Under the pieces are notes generated by a model. The model had not been told where the DNA came from. It worked only from the letters and a program-made list of their open reading frames with translations, and searched no databases. Below are positions 46,501 to 58,462 of a stretch of DNA of 64,000 bases, one piece after another; within the stretch, counting starts at the first letter, position 1; each line of letters begins with the position of its first letter. Source of the stretch: Dicyema japonicum (taxonomy: Eukaryota > Animalia > Dicyemida); contig RDEW01000048.1 of assembly GCA_011109175.1 (NCBI GenBank), forward strand, positions 147,445 through 211,444, read 5' to 3'. The position numbers were made by a program, and so were the translations under genes.

Positions 46501-49050
46501 CCTCATTGCCTGCTGCCCAGCATAAAATTATTTATTTAATTTACATTCCAAGACAAACTAATTAACACGTGATCCGAGGCGTTCCATCAGTCATCTCATT
46601 TTTGCAGGTGTATGATCGTACAGGAAGGCTGATGGATTTACGGGGCAGCATTCCCATATGCTGGAGTCAATCTCATAAGAGAATCCGGTTTGGCATTCTC
46701 CACAAATCCAATGCTCTGTTACTATGAAAGCCTTTTCAGTTTTCCGATCCTTTAGAGCATTGTTTGTATTCCATTAAACTCTTCAGGTTTGCTATGGACT
46801 TCAACGTATGAAATTTATCATCGAAGGCTTTCGTTATTCAAGGCCATCCACCTCTAGGTAGTCTTCCTAATCTTGCTTGAGATACTCGGAAAATTTCCGA
46901 CATAAAACTCAACATTGTCCTCCTTATTCACCTGGTTGATGATCACTTGTAGAGATATGATATTTTCCCGGCTCTCCGTTTGAGAAATTGACTTTAGTAG
47001 TCCTGCATCAATTTCTTGTATGACGAACAGCCCTTGGGCAGCTTCGCCTAATTTATCATTGTTTTGTACATCCGGTTCATTTGTAAGTAGGTCAGAAGGT
47101 AATTGTCCACTCTGATCAGTAAGAAGCTGAATTCTTTTTAGAAAGGAAAAATTCTTCAACGCATAATATCAAGATGACGCCAAGATCGAAGATTTACGAC
47201 ACGAAGACCTCCATATCATTGCTTTTCTTTGAGGGGTCTTAAATTGGAAGCGAAATCTAGTCCAAACTTAAGGATCCTCGGGAGCAGCGTTGGTTCCCCG
47301 ACCTTTTGTAGTTGTTATCGTTCGCGGCAATGTTTACTGTCTTTTGCACCTGATGCCTCTATTCCATATAAAAAAATATGTTAGGAATGAATAATAAGCA
47401 TTTTTGTAATTTTTCCACATTTTTGAGTTCATATAAATTGACAATATCTTATATTTGATAAAACTGTTATTTCGTGAACATTCGAGAATTAATAACTAAC
47501 AGCCAATTCTCCTATTTCTCCTCAAAAAATGGTTCTTATCCAAGTTTCTCCAATTTGGGCCAAATGAGATTTGAATCTAGATATTGGTAGATTTGAAGTT
47601 TCCATATTTCAAAAATTCACGTTTTCTATCTCTCTCAGTCCATTAAGAAGGGATGGGAGGTTATATCAACTTTGAGCTAGGCTTACTAGTCTAATTGCTA
47701 AAACCAGATAATACAAAAGGAATTACAAGATAACATGTGTTTTCGTAGTTGTTCAGTATTTATAACAAACTTGCTGTTATTATTTTACTCAATATCTGGT
47801 TAATTAAAAATTGACGATAAAACCTAATAGAAAATTGTTTGAAAACTGTCTGTCACATACAAGCTGTTGTAAATTCATTGATTAAGAAAAAAATCAATCC
47901 GAGGGTCATATGTAAGCTGCACTGACAGCGTGGCTATTCCCTCTAAGGATTACGAACAACATTCTCTCAGCATCGCTCGCAGAGATATCCAGTTGTTGAT
48001 TATTTATCCCACTCACAGAGGATGAAATACAATAATTAAGAAAGTATGAAGTCTTTTCCTTCCCCAAGAACCGCACTTAGAAGCCATCCCGTAACTCTTT
48101 CAGTAGATATCAATTACTATATGATAGACAGCCAGGTAACTATTGTCGTAAATAATAAACTTAAAAAAAAGTCAATTTTGCCAATGGTAAGGTTATACCA
48201 AATAAGCTATAATATTTTCCTGAACTTTACTCACTTAAATTTCATAAAAGTTTTATGTTTTTTGAAAATAAAATTAGGTCAAATAACCATATACTTTCAT
48301 AAAAATCGATCAAATTTTTAAATCATAAAGTTGACTCTCGAAAAAACTGTTTTAAAAAATAAAATAACAATTGTTTGGGTGGCGTAGTGTCATAAGTGAA
48401 AGGCAAAATGCCTGATAGACCCTGGTTTGAATTTCGCTGCTATACATTCCGGCTGGAGGTTCTACGCATCTACGATGCTTTGCCTTGACGAGTGACGCTG
48501 AGTATTTCATGAACCTCATGTAACGTGACTTTGAACAACAACTACTTATACCAACCTTATTCTACTGTAAACAGTAATCTCGGAGATCGATCACCACAAC
48601 AAATGAAAGTGGGTCATTGAAGCTGTCAAATGCATCAAACCCAGGATACATGGAGCTGGCATCTCAGTTTCATTATGATCTGAGCAAAAAGGAAACAAAT
48701 AAGGGAAAAGATCACAGAGGAAACATTAATTTAAATACTTGGAATTGGGTCAGTTTTTACTTGATTTTTCTCCCACGAACCATTTTTTATTCACTTCTTA
48801 TATTAAAAGAAACCAACTAGCAAAATGGTTAATCGATCAGGAGGCTGAGCTGGCGACATTTATTTATTGCATGAAATGTCTATTTGCTATCATGATGGAT
48901 TAAAAAACTTGTATTCCTTTTTCCTGAACATGGCCGAGATGACAAAATCATGACACATCGAAAACTAGCAATTCTGAATAAAGGAGGTATCATGCTTATG
49001 AGATGATAATAAATATGATTATGTTGCTAATTCACGTGTTGCTAATTAAA

Positions 49051-49272
49051 TTATTCAAAAGACCAAAGGTAAACCCATTCTTTGACCCAAGAACAGCGAT
49101 CCAGTGGACAATGTCCGGGGAGCTGATATCGATTCCAGAACTCGTCGCCAGAGAGCAAAAATTGTCTCCCGGTGAAATGAATAGATGGATCGTTTTAATG
49201 CCGACAGCCATTGGGCGTCTCCTGAGTAAAGTGGATAAAATGATCCCACCAGAGGCAAGCAAGAGCAATCTT
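49051..49272 (-). mobile_element. Family C element
   Basis: Minus strand ATCCACTTTACTCAGGAGACGCCCAATGGCTGTCGGCATTAAAACGATCC...CCTTTGGTCTTTTGAATAA. Confidence 0.75.
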
Positions 49273-49903
49273 TAATCAATAATAATTTTAGTGGTTTTAA
49301 TTAAGTTTTCAAAAAAATTAAAATTGCTGTTAAATTACTAGTATTTTTTTAAGTTCAAAATTACCAGTTAATTGAGGGGAATATTAATACAAATTTATTT
49401 TTATTTAATTTTTTATATTATTTTTGGAATTAACAAAGGATTTAGGTCAATATGACAACAATAGACTGAAATTATTAAATAACCGCAATGAAAACACATT
49501 TACATCAATAATCGTTTTAAATGAAATAAAAAATTCTAAAAAGCATGATAAGACCAAACTTACTAATCACGTGTTCTCGACACGTTGTAGCAGTGGTAAA
49601 CGCGTCGACGGGAAAGGGGATTGTCTCCCGGTGGAATGGTTTTTTTAGGTTCTTTGATCGCCATTATAGCTTAGAGTCGGTGAACCGAATGAGGTCACGC
49701 TAAAAGTGATTTAAAACATAAAATGAAATATATTTCTGTATTTTTTGGCTTTTAATTTAATAATTTTATTTATTTAGTATTTTACTTAAAATTAATTTTT
49801 TGATTAAAAAATTAATGGTAAACCAAATATATTTAAATATTAAATAAATATCTTTCAACGATTAATTAATTAGGTTAAATGTCGAATTAGGTTAATTTTT
49901 AGA

Positions 49904-51694
49904 ATGATTGATGCACTTGGGATATCAGCTGCTGTTATTTTTTTCGTTGTTATAACTGTATATGGACTTGTAATTGCATTTAAAAATCGATTAAAGGGGG
50001 GTATGTCCCGAAGAACTTATGGTTGGAAAAAGAGACATCGGATTTATTATAGGCACCTTTACAATGACGGGTAAACTGTTTAAGTTATCGTTCAAGCTAC
50101 CTGGGTTGGTGGTGGTTATCTTAGTGGTACAGCTGAGCAAATTTTTAAAGAAGGAGCAGGACTCGTGTGGCTTCAGGCTCCAATAGGATATGCATCGAGT
50201 CTTCTAATTGGTACCTTTATTACCTCTGATCGTAGCTGGATTTTTTTTCGCTAAAAAATTCCGTCAAAAGAAATTTCTCACTTTGATGGATCCCTTCCAA
50301 GCAATCTACGGGAAAACAATTTGTTCACTTCTTACACTCCCAGCCCTGACTGGAGAACTATTGTGGAGTTCTGCTGTCCTTCTGGTCCTTGGTTTGCCAA
50401 TATTCAGCTTTATTACAGCCTCGTCGTTAAAGACAATAACAAGAATGAACCAGACAGTTTCTGTGATTGTGTCTGCCATAACAACAGTTTTATTTACGGT
50501 GTTTGGAGGAATATATGCTGTGTCGTACACTGACGCACTGCAGTTGGTGATAATAACGATAGGATTGGTAATATTTGATAAGGCTTATGATAATCAAAAA
50601 TTAGACATTTTTATAATATTCAATTACATAATCGAAAATTTTTTAGTCTCTCGCCGCCCCCTTCGCCATTTACAGTCAACATCAACTCCCACCCGATCAG
50701 TTGAAAAATATCGACTACTTTGGCGTCGTCAAAAAAAAGGACGCGGTACAATTTGTTGATTTATACATAACGTATATTTTTGGGGGACTCCCCTGGCAGG
50801 TGAGATCTAGCCGATTCATCTCTAGGCGTTGTTTCAGCGAGTACTCTCAAGCAAATCTCCTCGAATTGCAAGTCATGTCGCATCAGTGTCAGGTATAATG
50901 TGTGTACTCTTGTCCATCCCTTCTATTTTCATTGGAGTAGCCGCCAAAAATACAAGTGAAGGCCTCGGGATTATTTATAGATTGGAAGCTACTCAACATC
51001 TCTTTCAACCAAGATGACACTGACTTTATGATAATGAATCCATCCGACGCTCTCCCTTTGACAATTGCTTACTTGACTCCTCCTGCGATTAAGTTCATTG
51101 GGATTGGGGCAATTGTAGCTGCCACGATATCCTCAATCTCTTCTTCATTCTTAGCCGCTGGGTCTCTAATAACCAAGAACATGTATAATGCAATACTGCG
51201 ACCAAAAGTAACAATATTCGTCACTAATTCACAAGGCTAAAAATTTTGAACTACGAATTGCGCAAATTGTGACCACTTTGGGAGTTGCAGGGATCGTCTC
51301 AGCCGTCAGTATATTCAGTACGTCTGTTTATATCTTGTTTGGACTCTGTTCCGACTTGATATATATTTTATTATTCCCCCAACTAGTTCTCCTTGTATAC
51401 ACGGACTTTAACAACTCCTATGGCGTATTGTGCGGTTATTTTTCAGCACTGATTGTAAGAGTGGCGTCCGATAAGGACATCAGGAATATATTTAATGATA
51501 AACATGTGTACCCTGTGTTTCCCTACAAAACTGTTAGCATGCTAGTAAATCTCGTGATGACAGTATCCGTATCTTACCTGACTAGGTATTTGATTGTGAA
51601 AAAACGAAAAATTCCTGATGTACTTCAATTTTACAAAAAAGAAAGCCCAAAATCTTTTAAAGAGTTATTAGTAGAGGAACCCCCAAAATTGTGA
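49904..51694 (+). CDS. SLC5A7: High-affinity choline transporter-like (SLC5A7/CHT1), multi-exon
   Basis: [104 protein letters not shown]. Introns of 25-28 nt plus one of about 78 nt; frame break at about 49996-50013. Confidence 0.9.
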
Positions 51695-52133
51695 CTGATT
51701 AATTATTATATTTGGTCAATAAAGTATTTATTTTAGATTTTTATATTTCAATTTTATCAAAAAACGTCAAATTCTCAAAAATTAGCTTAAATGTTTAAAG
51801 TTAACCAAATGACTAATTGGTAGGAAGGTTGAGGTGGTGGCTTGCTCTATAGATCAAAGCCGTCTTCCTTTATCTCTTGATCATGTACGAGTTGACAAAC
51901 TCGGGATACAATGGAAACCCAATGAAGTGTTGGATGCATAAAAGACCCAATTTTGAATCTCGTTCATCTCAAAATTGAAAGAACGAGGGGGATCACTTGT
52001 CAGAAGCTATATGGGATGATGGTTACTATGATGTTGTTAGAGATAATGCCTCATATGTGCGACAAACATTACCTGAAAGCAGTAAGTACTAGGAATCTAG
52101 TCGAACTGAATAGGCCTCGTTATTTTGATCTAA

Positions 52134-52361
52134 AATTCCACCGTCTCAGGCGCCCAATGCCAGGGTAGCATGTAAAAGAATCATTTTCTTCCTCCCACTC
52201 TACTGAAGGGGTTCCAACAACTGAGGAATGGACGTATTCCATCTTTTATGTTGGCTCTGGATGGACTTGTATGGCATTGGAAGGACTTTGTTTTTGTGAC
52301 AGTAAAAAATGGATACACTTAATTAGTTGTTAACATCTTTTTCGGTGTATCCGGGGTTAAT
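52134..52361 (+). mobile_element. Family A element
   Basis: AATTCCACCGTCTCAGGCGCCCAATGCCAGGGTAGCATGTAAAAGAATC...GGATACACTTAATTAGTT...CCGGGGTTAA. Confidence 0.8.
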
Positions 52362-53298
52362 AGTAACTAATCGATGGGGGAGAACCAAGGACGATTCGGT
52401 TCCGCAGTGAGATGTTCATTGATGACAGCGTCACTCGTCAAGCTAAAGTATCATGTTGCAGTGAGATTCGAACTAGGGGCAATCAGGCCATTTGCGGCGC
52501 TCGTTACACCCGGATCAAAAATTAGCAAAAAAATAAAAAACGAATGTAACTCAAATAGGAATATTAATTTAAATTTTTACTAAATTATGAAATTTTTAGA
52601 TTATTTGTTAATAGTAAGAAAGTAATTTCTGAACCTGACGATAATAAAATTCACTAAGTACTATTTGTACTTCTTCAGGTTTCTTTAATAACCGATAAGA
52701 AGCGTATGCAAAATAGATATGGATCATAGGTAAAAGAACCGTCCTAGTGGTCGCATACATGTTGCTCTTTGTCTAGTCGGTAGTTTGCTGTCCTTTGACA
52801 TGGAAAGGTAAGGAAAGAACAGACTTAAGTAAAACTTACATTGAAGTATAGCCGTCGATGACACAGTGTGATTTCTGCACAGTGCCTTTAATCTTATTTA
52901 AGAACGGTGAGTAACTATGACTCCCTTAATGTATCCAAATTCCTCATAATTTAATGATTACCCACGTAACTGCTTAATCCATACAATATTATATTTTTAG
53001 ATTAATTTTTTATGAATGAATTTATTCCAAAAGACTACAAGTAAAGCCCAGAAGTAGATAACTACATGATCCCGATATGTTCCAATAAAACCCTCAACAT
53101 GGCTCAACGTTCCTCCCTTGAACCCACACAAGTCAGTGATGGGCAAAGAACTGTTCGATCATAGCGTAACAGCCACCTTGGACCGTTTTGACGAATCAAA
53201 GTTTCCAGAGTATTTTTTGGGAGTCGGTCTTTCCGGTGATCCATTGTTGTCACTCTAAATTCTCATCTTGATAGCCGTGATTTTTTCGGTATTACTAT

Positions 53299-53600
53299 TA
53301 ACCCCGGGCGTAACTAGTTAAGTGTATCCAGTACCCTTCCAATGTCACACACAAGAAACAGAGTCTTTCAAGTCCATTCGGATCCAGCATAAAAGGTGGA
53401 AGACATCCATTCCTTTCAGTTGTGAGAACCCTAAAGTACAGTGGGGGAGATAAATAATGAGCCTTTTACAGGCCACCTGAGGGAGGTGGATCACTTGACG
53501 CCACTGTATTAGAAAAGAAAAAAAGAGGAACAGAAGAATCAAATAAAATTCTTCAATAAAGTAACCACATAGCACCACGCTAACATTGGCATCACGAGGC
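53299..53600 (-). mobile_element. Family A element
   Basis: Minus strand ...TTTTCTAATACAGTGGCGTCAAGTGATCCACCTCCCTCAGGTGGCC...GGATACACTTAACTAGTT..CCGGGGTTAAT. Confidence 0.8.
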
Positions 53601-53918
53601 TAATTTTTATGTGTGCGTTTATTGGTAATTTTAGTGGTTTTGGTGATTTTTGATATTAAATAATTTATCAAAATACTTAACATTATTTTTTTGCAAAAAT
53701 TAACGTAAAAATTAATTAAATTGAAATTTAGCCTATTTATATTAAAATAAATTAAATTAATTCAATTTAATTAATTTGAATTAAAAAAAAAAAAAATTTA
53801 ATTAATTAGTCTATTGTGCAGCATAAGCCCGCTAATGTTAAAGCATTAACGCCACCATTTAAATTTCTATTTATTTCAGTTGATTTGAAAAATTTGAATT
53901 TTAAATATTTTTGTGATC

Positions 53919-55167
53919 ATGTCTTCTCGCAACATTAAAAATTTACGCCTTGATTTAAGCAAAATAAAAAACGACTTACCAAAGTACGACGATTCAGAAT
54001 CCGAGGGTAACTCGGAAAGATCACTCCAAAATAAACGATTGGACACATTCCAGAATGTAAAGAATACAATCAAGGAAATTAAACTTTCGGATTTGGATCT
54101 AATTTGCGAAATCGGGAATGGGGGTGGTGGACATGTCAACAAAACACGCCACAAGGATTCTTCACAAATAATGGCTACTAAGGTCATAAATGTGGATTTG
54201 AAGGAATCTCTTCGAAAAAGCATATTCCACGAACTAGATGTCCTCCATGAGTGCAAGTCCCCCTTCATCGTAGGTTTTTACGGATCATTCTATGCCGAGT
54301 CTGCACTTTATATATGCATGGAGTACATGGTTTGATAGGATTTGATTTTATTACAGGACATTGGGTCCCTTGATACGGTTATTAACTTTGCTGGAAGATT
54401 CCCAGAGCCTGTAATCGCGAAAATAACCCTTGCCGTGGTCCATGGATTAGTTTACATGAGGAAAAATCACTCAATCATCCACAGAGACATCAAGCCTTCA
54501 AATATTCTTGTTAATTCAGAAGGAGAGGTCAAATTGTGTGACTTTGGCGTATCGGGGTACTTGATAGACTCGATGGCCAACTCGTTTGTTGGGACCAAAT
54601 CCTACATGGCTGTAACTATACTGATTACCCTTAGCCTGAACGATTACTTGGAGGTCAATATTCAGTTCTAGCCGACATTTGGAGTCTTGGGTTGACTTTG
54701 GTTGAGTTAGCCATTGGGAGATACCCGATCCCAGCTGTCAACATAATAGACGACGCTAACTCATTTGGGAGGACTATCTCTGATCATTGGGTTGCAGCAG
54801 AACGGGGGATTATCCTCGGAAGTAATTTGCGTCAATATATTAGAAATTTACGCCCCTGAATGTGAAGAAGAGGAAATGTCCATATTCGATCTACTGGAAT
54901 ATATCAATTCTGAACCTCCTCCACGAGTTCCCCCCTTTGGTTTCAGTCCTGAGTTTTGCGATTTAGTCGACTCCTGGTATCTTCTTATAAACATCTTTAG
55001 TCTCATGAAAAACCCTCAACATCGGACGACTCTTAGTATTCTTGAGGTATAAAAATTCTCATTTTAAATCACAGAATAATTCATATTTGAACACACCTCA
55101 GCTTAAAAGTCTTAGTATGGCTGACTGGATCCGTAAAGTTTCGTCAAATCCTAAATTATACGTCTAA
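53919..55167 (+). CDS. MAP2K1: Dual-specificity MAP kinase kinase, MEK1/2 type
   Basis: GNGGGG loop, [15 protein letters not shown], activation loop [43 protein letters not shown]. Introns 54330-54356 (27), 54612-54634 (23), 54822-54843 (22), 54977-55000 (24) and 55047-55074 (28) give one open frame. N-terminal [10 protein letters not shown] resembles a MAPK docking site. Confidence 0.95.
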
Positions 55168-55189
55168 TTTATTTATTTGTTATTAACCC

Positions 55190-55495
55190 CATCTTTGGTA
55201 TGCCCAACGCAAATAGTCCAAGGGAGAACATCTGCTTGTGTCGACCAAATCCATCCACCAATAGTCAATTACACGCTTCTTGTTCCGAAGAGAGGCGGAG
55301 ATATAGGTTCGCCCTCTTCCATTTTCGTTGCATGTCCTACCGTCGAGGACATCACTTCATTCTTTAGCGGGAGAGTTTTCATAGTGATAATCTTCACCAG
55401 AGGGTTTGGACGAGGAGAAAGGTCGAAGATCCCCTTTAACTACTGCGTCCTGCAGAAGGACTCGTCGCCTCCCGGATGGGATCTGTTTGACGAGA
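55190..55495 (-). mobile_element. Short element family K
   Basis: Its 3' end matches 9719-9830. Its 5' end (minus strand) is CTCGTCAAACAGATCCCATCCGGGAGGCGACGAGTCCTTCTGCAGGACGCAGTAGTTAAAGGGGATC. Confidence 0.65.
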
Positions 55496-55524
55496 ATTGA
55501 TGTCTAATATACTTAATTATTATT

Positions 55525-55990
55525 AAAAAGCACTCCCGAGAAAACATAAAATTAGTTAAGTTTCCCTTGTGTTGTATTTCTTAATCATCCTTCCGTCAGC
55601 CTCGACCATGATCTTCTGTTGCGCGCTAGTTCTCTTAGGTAGTCTAGGTCGTCCGCCATTTCTATTATAGTGTTAGATGCTGCTCAAACTCTTGTAACAC
55701 AGTGAATCAAATCCCGATGCAAATCCGAGACCATAATATCGGCAGGCCGATGAAAGGGTAAAAAGGTGGAATTTTCTAAACAGTTCTGTAAATTGTACGG
55801 TCGTTTTTTTCCTTTGTGGACAGCAGATAGAGACGTCGTATTTTGTTAAATCGCATGCCAGTTGGTGTTTCTTGTAAGGTTGTTTAAGTCCTCTGCAATT
55901 AAAAGATCCCAGAGTGAACGGAGAAGTCGATAAGGAATACGAATAAGACATAGTGCAATAGAGGCGTCGTCACCACCTCAACCAATGAAT
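55525..55990 (-). mobile_element. Internally deleted RTE-like LINE: 5' end and APE start fused to the 3' end
   Basis: ORF 55673-55951 gives APE N-terminus LGSFNCRGL..DLTKYDVSICC. It is followed directly by DDLDYLRELARNRRSW and a GTGC..TAATAAT tail. The same 3' end is at 57903-58030 (-). Confidence 0.7.
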
Positions 55991-56071
55991 ATACCTAATC
56001 AACATTTTTATTATCGATTGCTCTGTAAAATAGTTTCCATAACAGCGTTTGAAATGTTTCTATAACAGAAA

Positions 56072-57359
56072 ATGACTAATATGCGGATTGTAAATGACGG
56101 ATTGAGATCAAACTCACTCTCAGTGTGGAATGAAAACAAATTTTTGCTGAATCCTGTTTTATCGATAAACAACACGTGGCTGTAAATGGGAATATAACAA
56201 TTTATGATAAAATGTCTTATTTTATGTTACTAAAGAATTCACCAAAGCGACATTTTGTGCTGCAAATTCCACGATTCTGGCAATTTTGTGGCAGTCGGAT
56301 TATCTGACGGAAAAATTAACGTTAAATCATGAATTATTTAAGATTTATGATGGCCATAACGGAAATTTGCTTCATAGTCTTTATGACGATGATTTGAAAG
56401 AGAGAACCCCCTGCACGTCGATCCGGTTTATTAAGGGGGATACCCAGCTCTTAATAGCTACTTGTACTTTTTAAAATAAAACCCATAGATGGGTCGGGAA
56501 TGGTCAAATTTTGGCAATATAAGAACGGATATTGCCTCAGGACAGTTAAGGAATCTCGATGTACCCTCTCCCAAGCGATTCAACCAGCCAAAGAAAGAGT
56601 TCTCACGGTTGGAACTAATGGGGACATATTTATATATGACGTTGAGACGGGAGATGAAGTCATGCGATGTTTTAAGGGGTTTCAGTAAAAATAACTTGAA
56701 GAGATCAATTCACCAAAGTGACAGGACACACCTTTCGAGTATTTTCCGCAGTATATCATCCGTCCACACAACATTCTTTTATTACTGGGGGATGGGATGA
56801 CACGATTTTGGTTTAATTGTGGATTACTAATGTAGTTTTGGGATGATCGAAGTAAACATGCATTCAGGTAAAAGTGTGTAATTTTATAGGAAAGAAAAAT
56901 CTCCGGTCCTCATCTATGTGGAGAAGCTCTCGATATCGAGCCAACTAAAAATCACATCATTTCAGCATCTTGGAGAGAAAATGCTCCGTTGCAGGTTGGT
57001 TTGTCTCTTCTTTTTCAGATATGGAATTTTGACAAGGGATCTCTAGTAAAGGACATCACTCAGTCCCCAGTCGCAAAGTCATTTGTATTCTCTATGGTAT
57101 TTACGGGCTTAGTATTATAACGCCAAATGGGTATCTCCCGAAATACTAGCATGTGGTGGATCCCACCGAAATTTAGTTAATGTTATTTCTGCGGAAACCA
57201 ATCTGGTTGTTATTCTCGATGACTTTTCAGAGTATTGCGTCTATTTTGAATTTGCCAAATTCAGTTACTTGTTTAGACACATTTAAACAAAGTAACAAGT
57301 TGAAGCTCTGCTTTGGCTGCCATGATTCCCTTTATTTAACAAAAATTGATTTGTGCTAA
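56072..57359 (+). CDS. WD40-repeat protein, multi-exon, ortholog not recognised
   Basis: Spliced reading VAVGLSDGKIN|IYDG, MVKFWQ, TVGTNGDIFIYDVE, GHTFRVFSAVYHP..ITGGWDDTIL|FWDDR, KISGPHLCGEALDI..ISASWRE..|IWNF. Introns of 22, 25, 23 and 27 nt checked. Confidence 0.85.
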
Positions 57360-57612
57360 TTTAAATTAACATTAATTTTATTTTCAAATTTATTGCAATT
57401 AATTATTAAAAAATAATTAAATTAATTTAAAGACAGCTTGAATCTCCAGGCTGTTTCCTCTGATAATAGTTATCGACACCATCCACGAGTCCATGGCTGC
57501 GGGATAGGGAGTTTGCGATTCTTTTCCAACACTTAAAGTGAGCGATGCCATCACGTAGGCGAGTCACACGGCATGAAATTCAGTTGTAAATTTCCTCACA
57601 TTTACTAATCAA

Positions 57613-57900
57613 GTGAACCTAGTAACCGCGCGGATCCAAATGAAAATTGGAATGCTCAAGGCTTTCACTCACTCTCCAATATCTTCCCGCCCATCGTTAG
57701 AGCTTCTATACAAACACTTTGTTCTACCTAGTATCGAGTACGCCTGTGCTGCATGGATTGCCCCTTTATCACTATCGGCACAGAGCAAGCTGGAAGTTTT
57801 ACAAAATCGATGTCTCAGAATACTATTGAGATCATCGAAAAAAACGTCCACCTCGTTACTACGGAAAACACTAAACGGATCCACCATTTATTATCATTAT
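57613..57900 (+). mobile_element. Jockey/I-like LINE RT C-terminal fragment; related fragment at about 34810-34910
   Basis: LYKHFVLPSIEYACAAW..LEVLQNRCLRILL. Confidence 0.7.
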
Positions 57901-58462
57901 TAAATCACTCCCGAGAAAACATAATGTTAATTAAGTCTCCCTTGTACTGTATTCCGAATCATCCTCTTCGTCAGCCTCGACCACTATCTTCTGTTGCGCG
58001 AGAGGTCGTCCAAGTTGTCCGCCGAAGTTAGTGCCATACCAACCGCCGATAGGTCTCTCCACCATTTAGCAACTTATTATTATTATTGCCGCAAGATCAC
58101 TTGTTAGGAAAATAATGTCCTCATCTAAGTGATCCAGACCCACTAGGTCGAAGTAGAAATTTGTTAAAATTTGCATTAAAAATAAATTTTTATTAATTAA
58201 TTGTCAGTTGAGGAAGCCTGCTGCGTGGATTGCGAACGAGTTCCCTCGGAGTATGGCTATTCCAATCTTTTGTCTTAGCCATGACCCTTCTCGTTGATCC
58301 CTTTTCTTTCTGGCAAGCAATCCTCTGAGTTCTCGCAAAAACTCAGCCGTCATTGGACCAACGGCTCCCGATGATTCGGTAGCGATCCCCGAGGCAAGAA
58401 TATTTCTTGATTAATTTAAAAAAAACAAAAATAAATTATACTTATCGAGAATAAACGTAAAT

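Noticed and set aside
49570-49650. Pol III ncRNA (A-box-like TAGCAGTGGTAAACGC plus T run)
   Set aside because: No B box or cloverleaf, and part of it (ATTGTCTCCCGGTG) matches the nearby family C copy.
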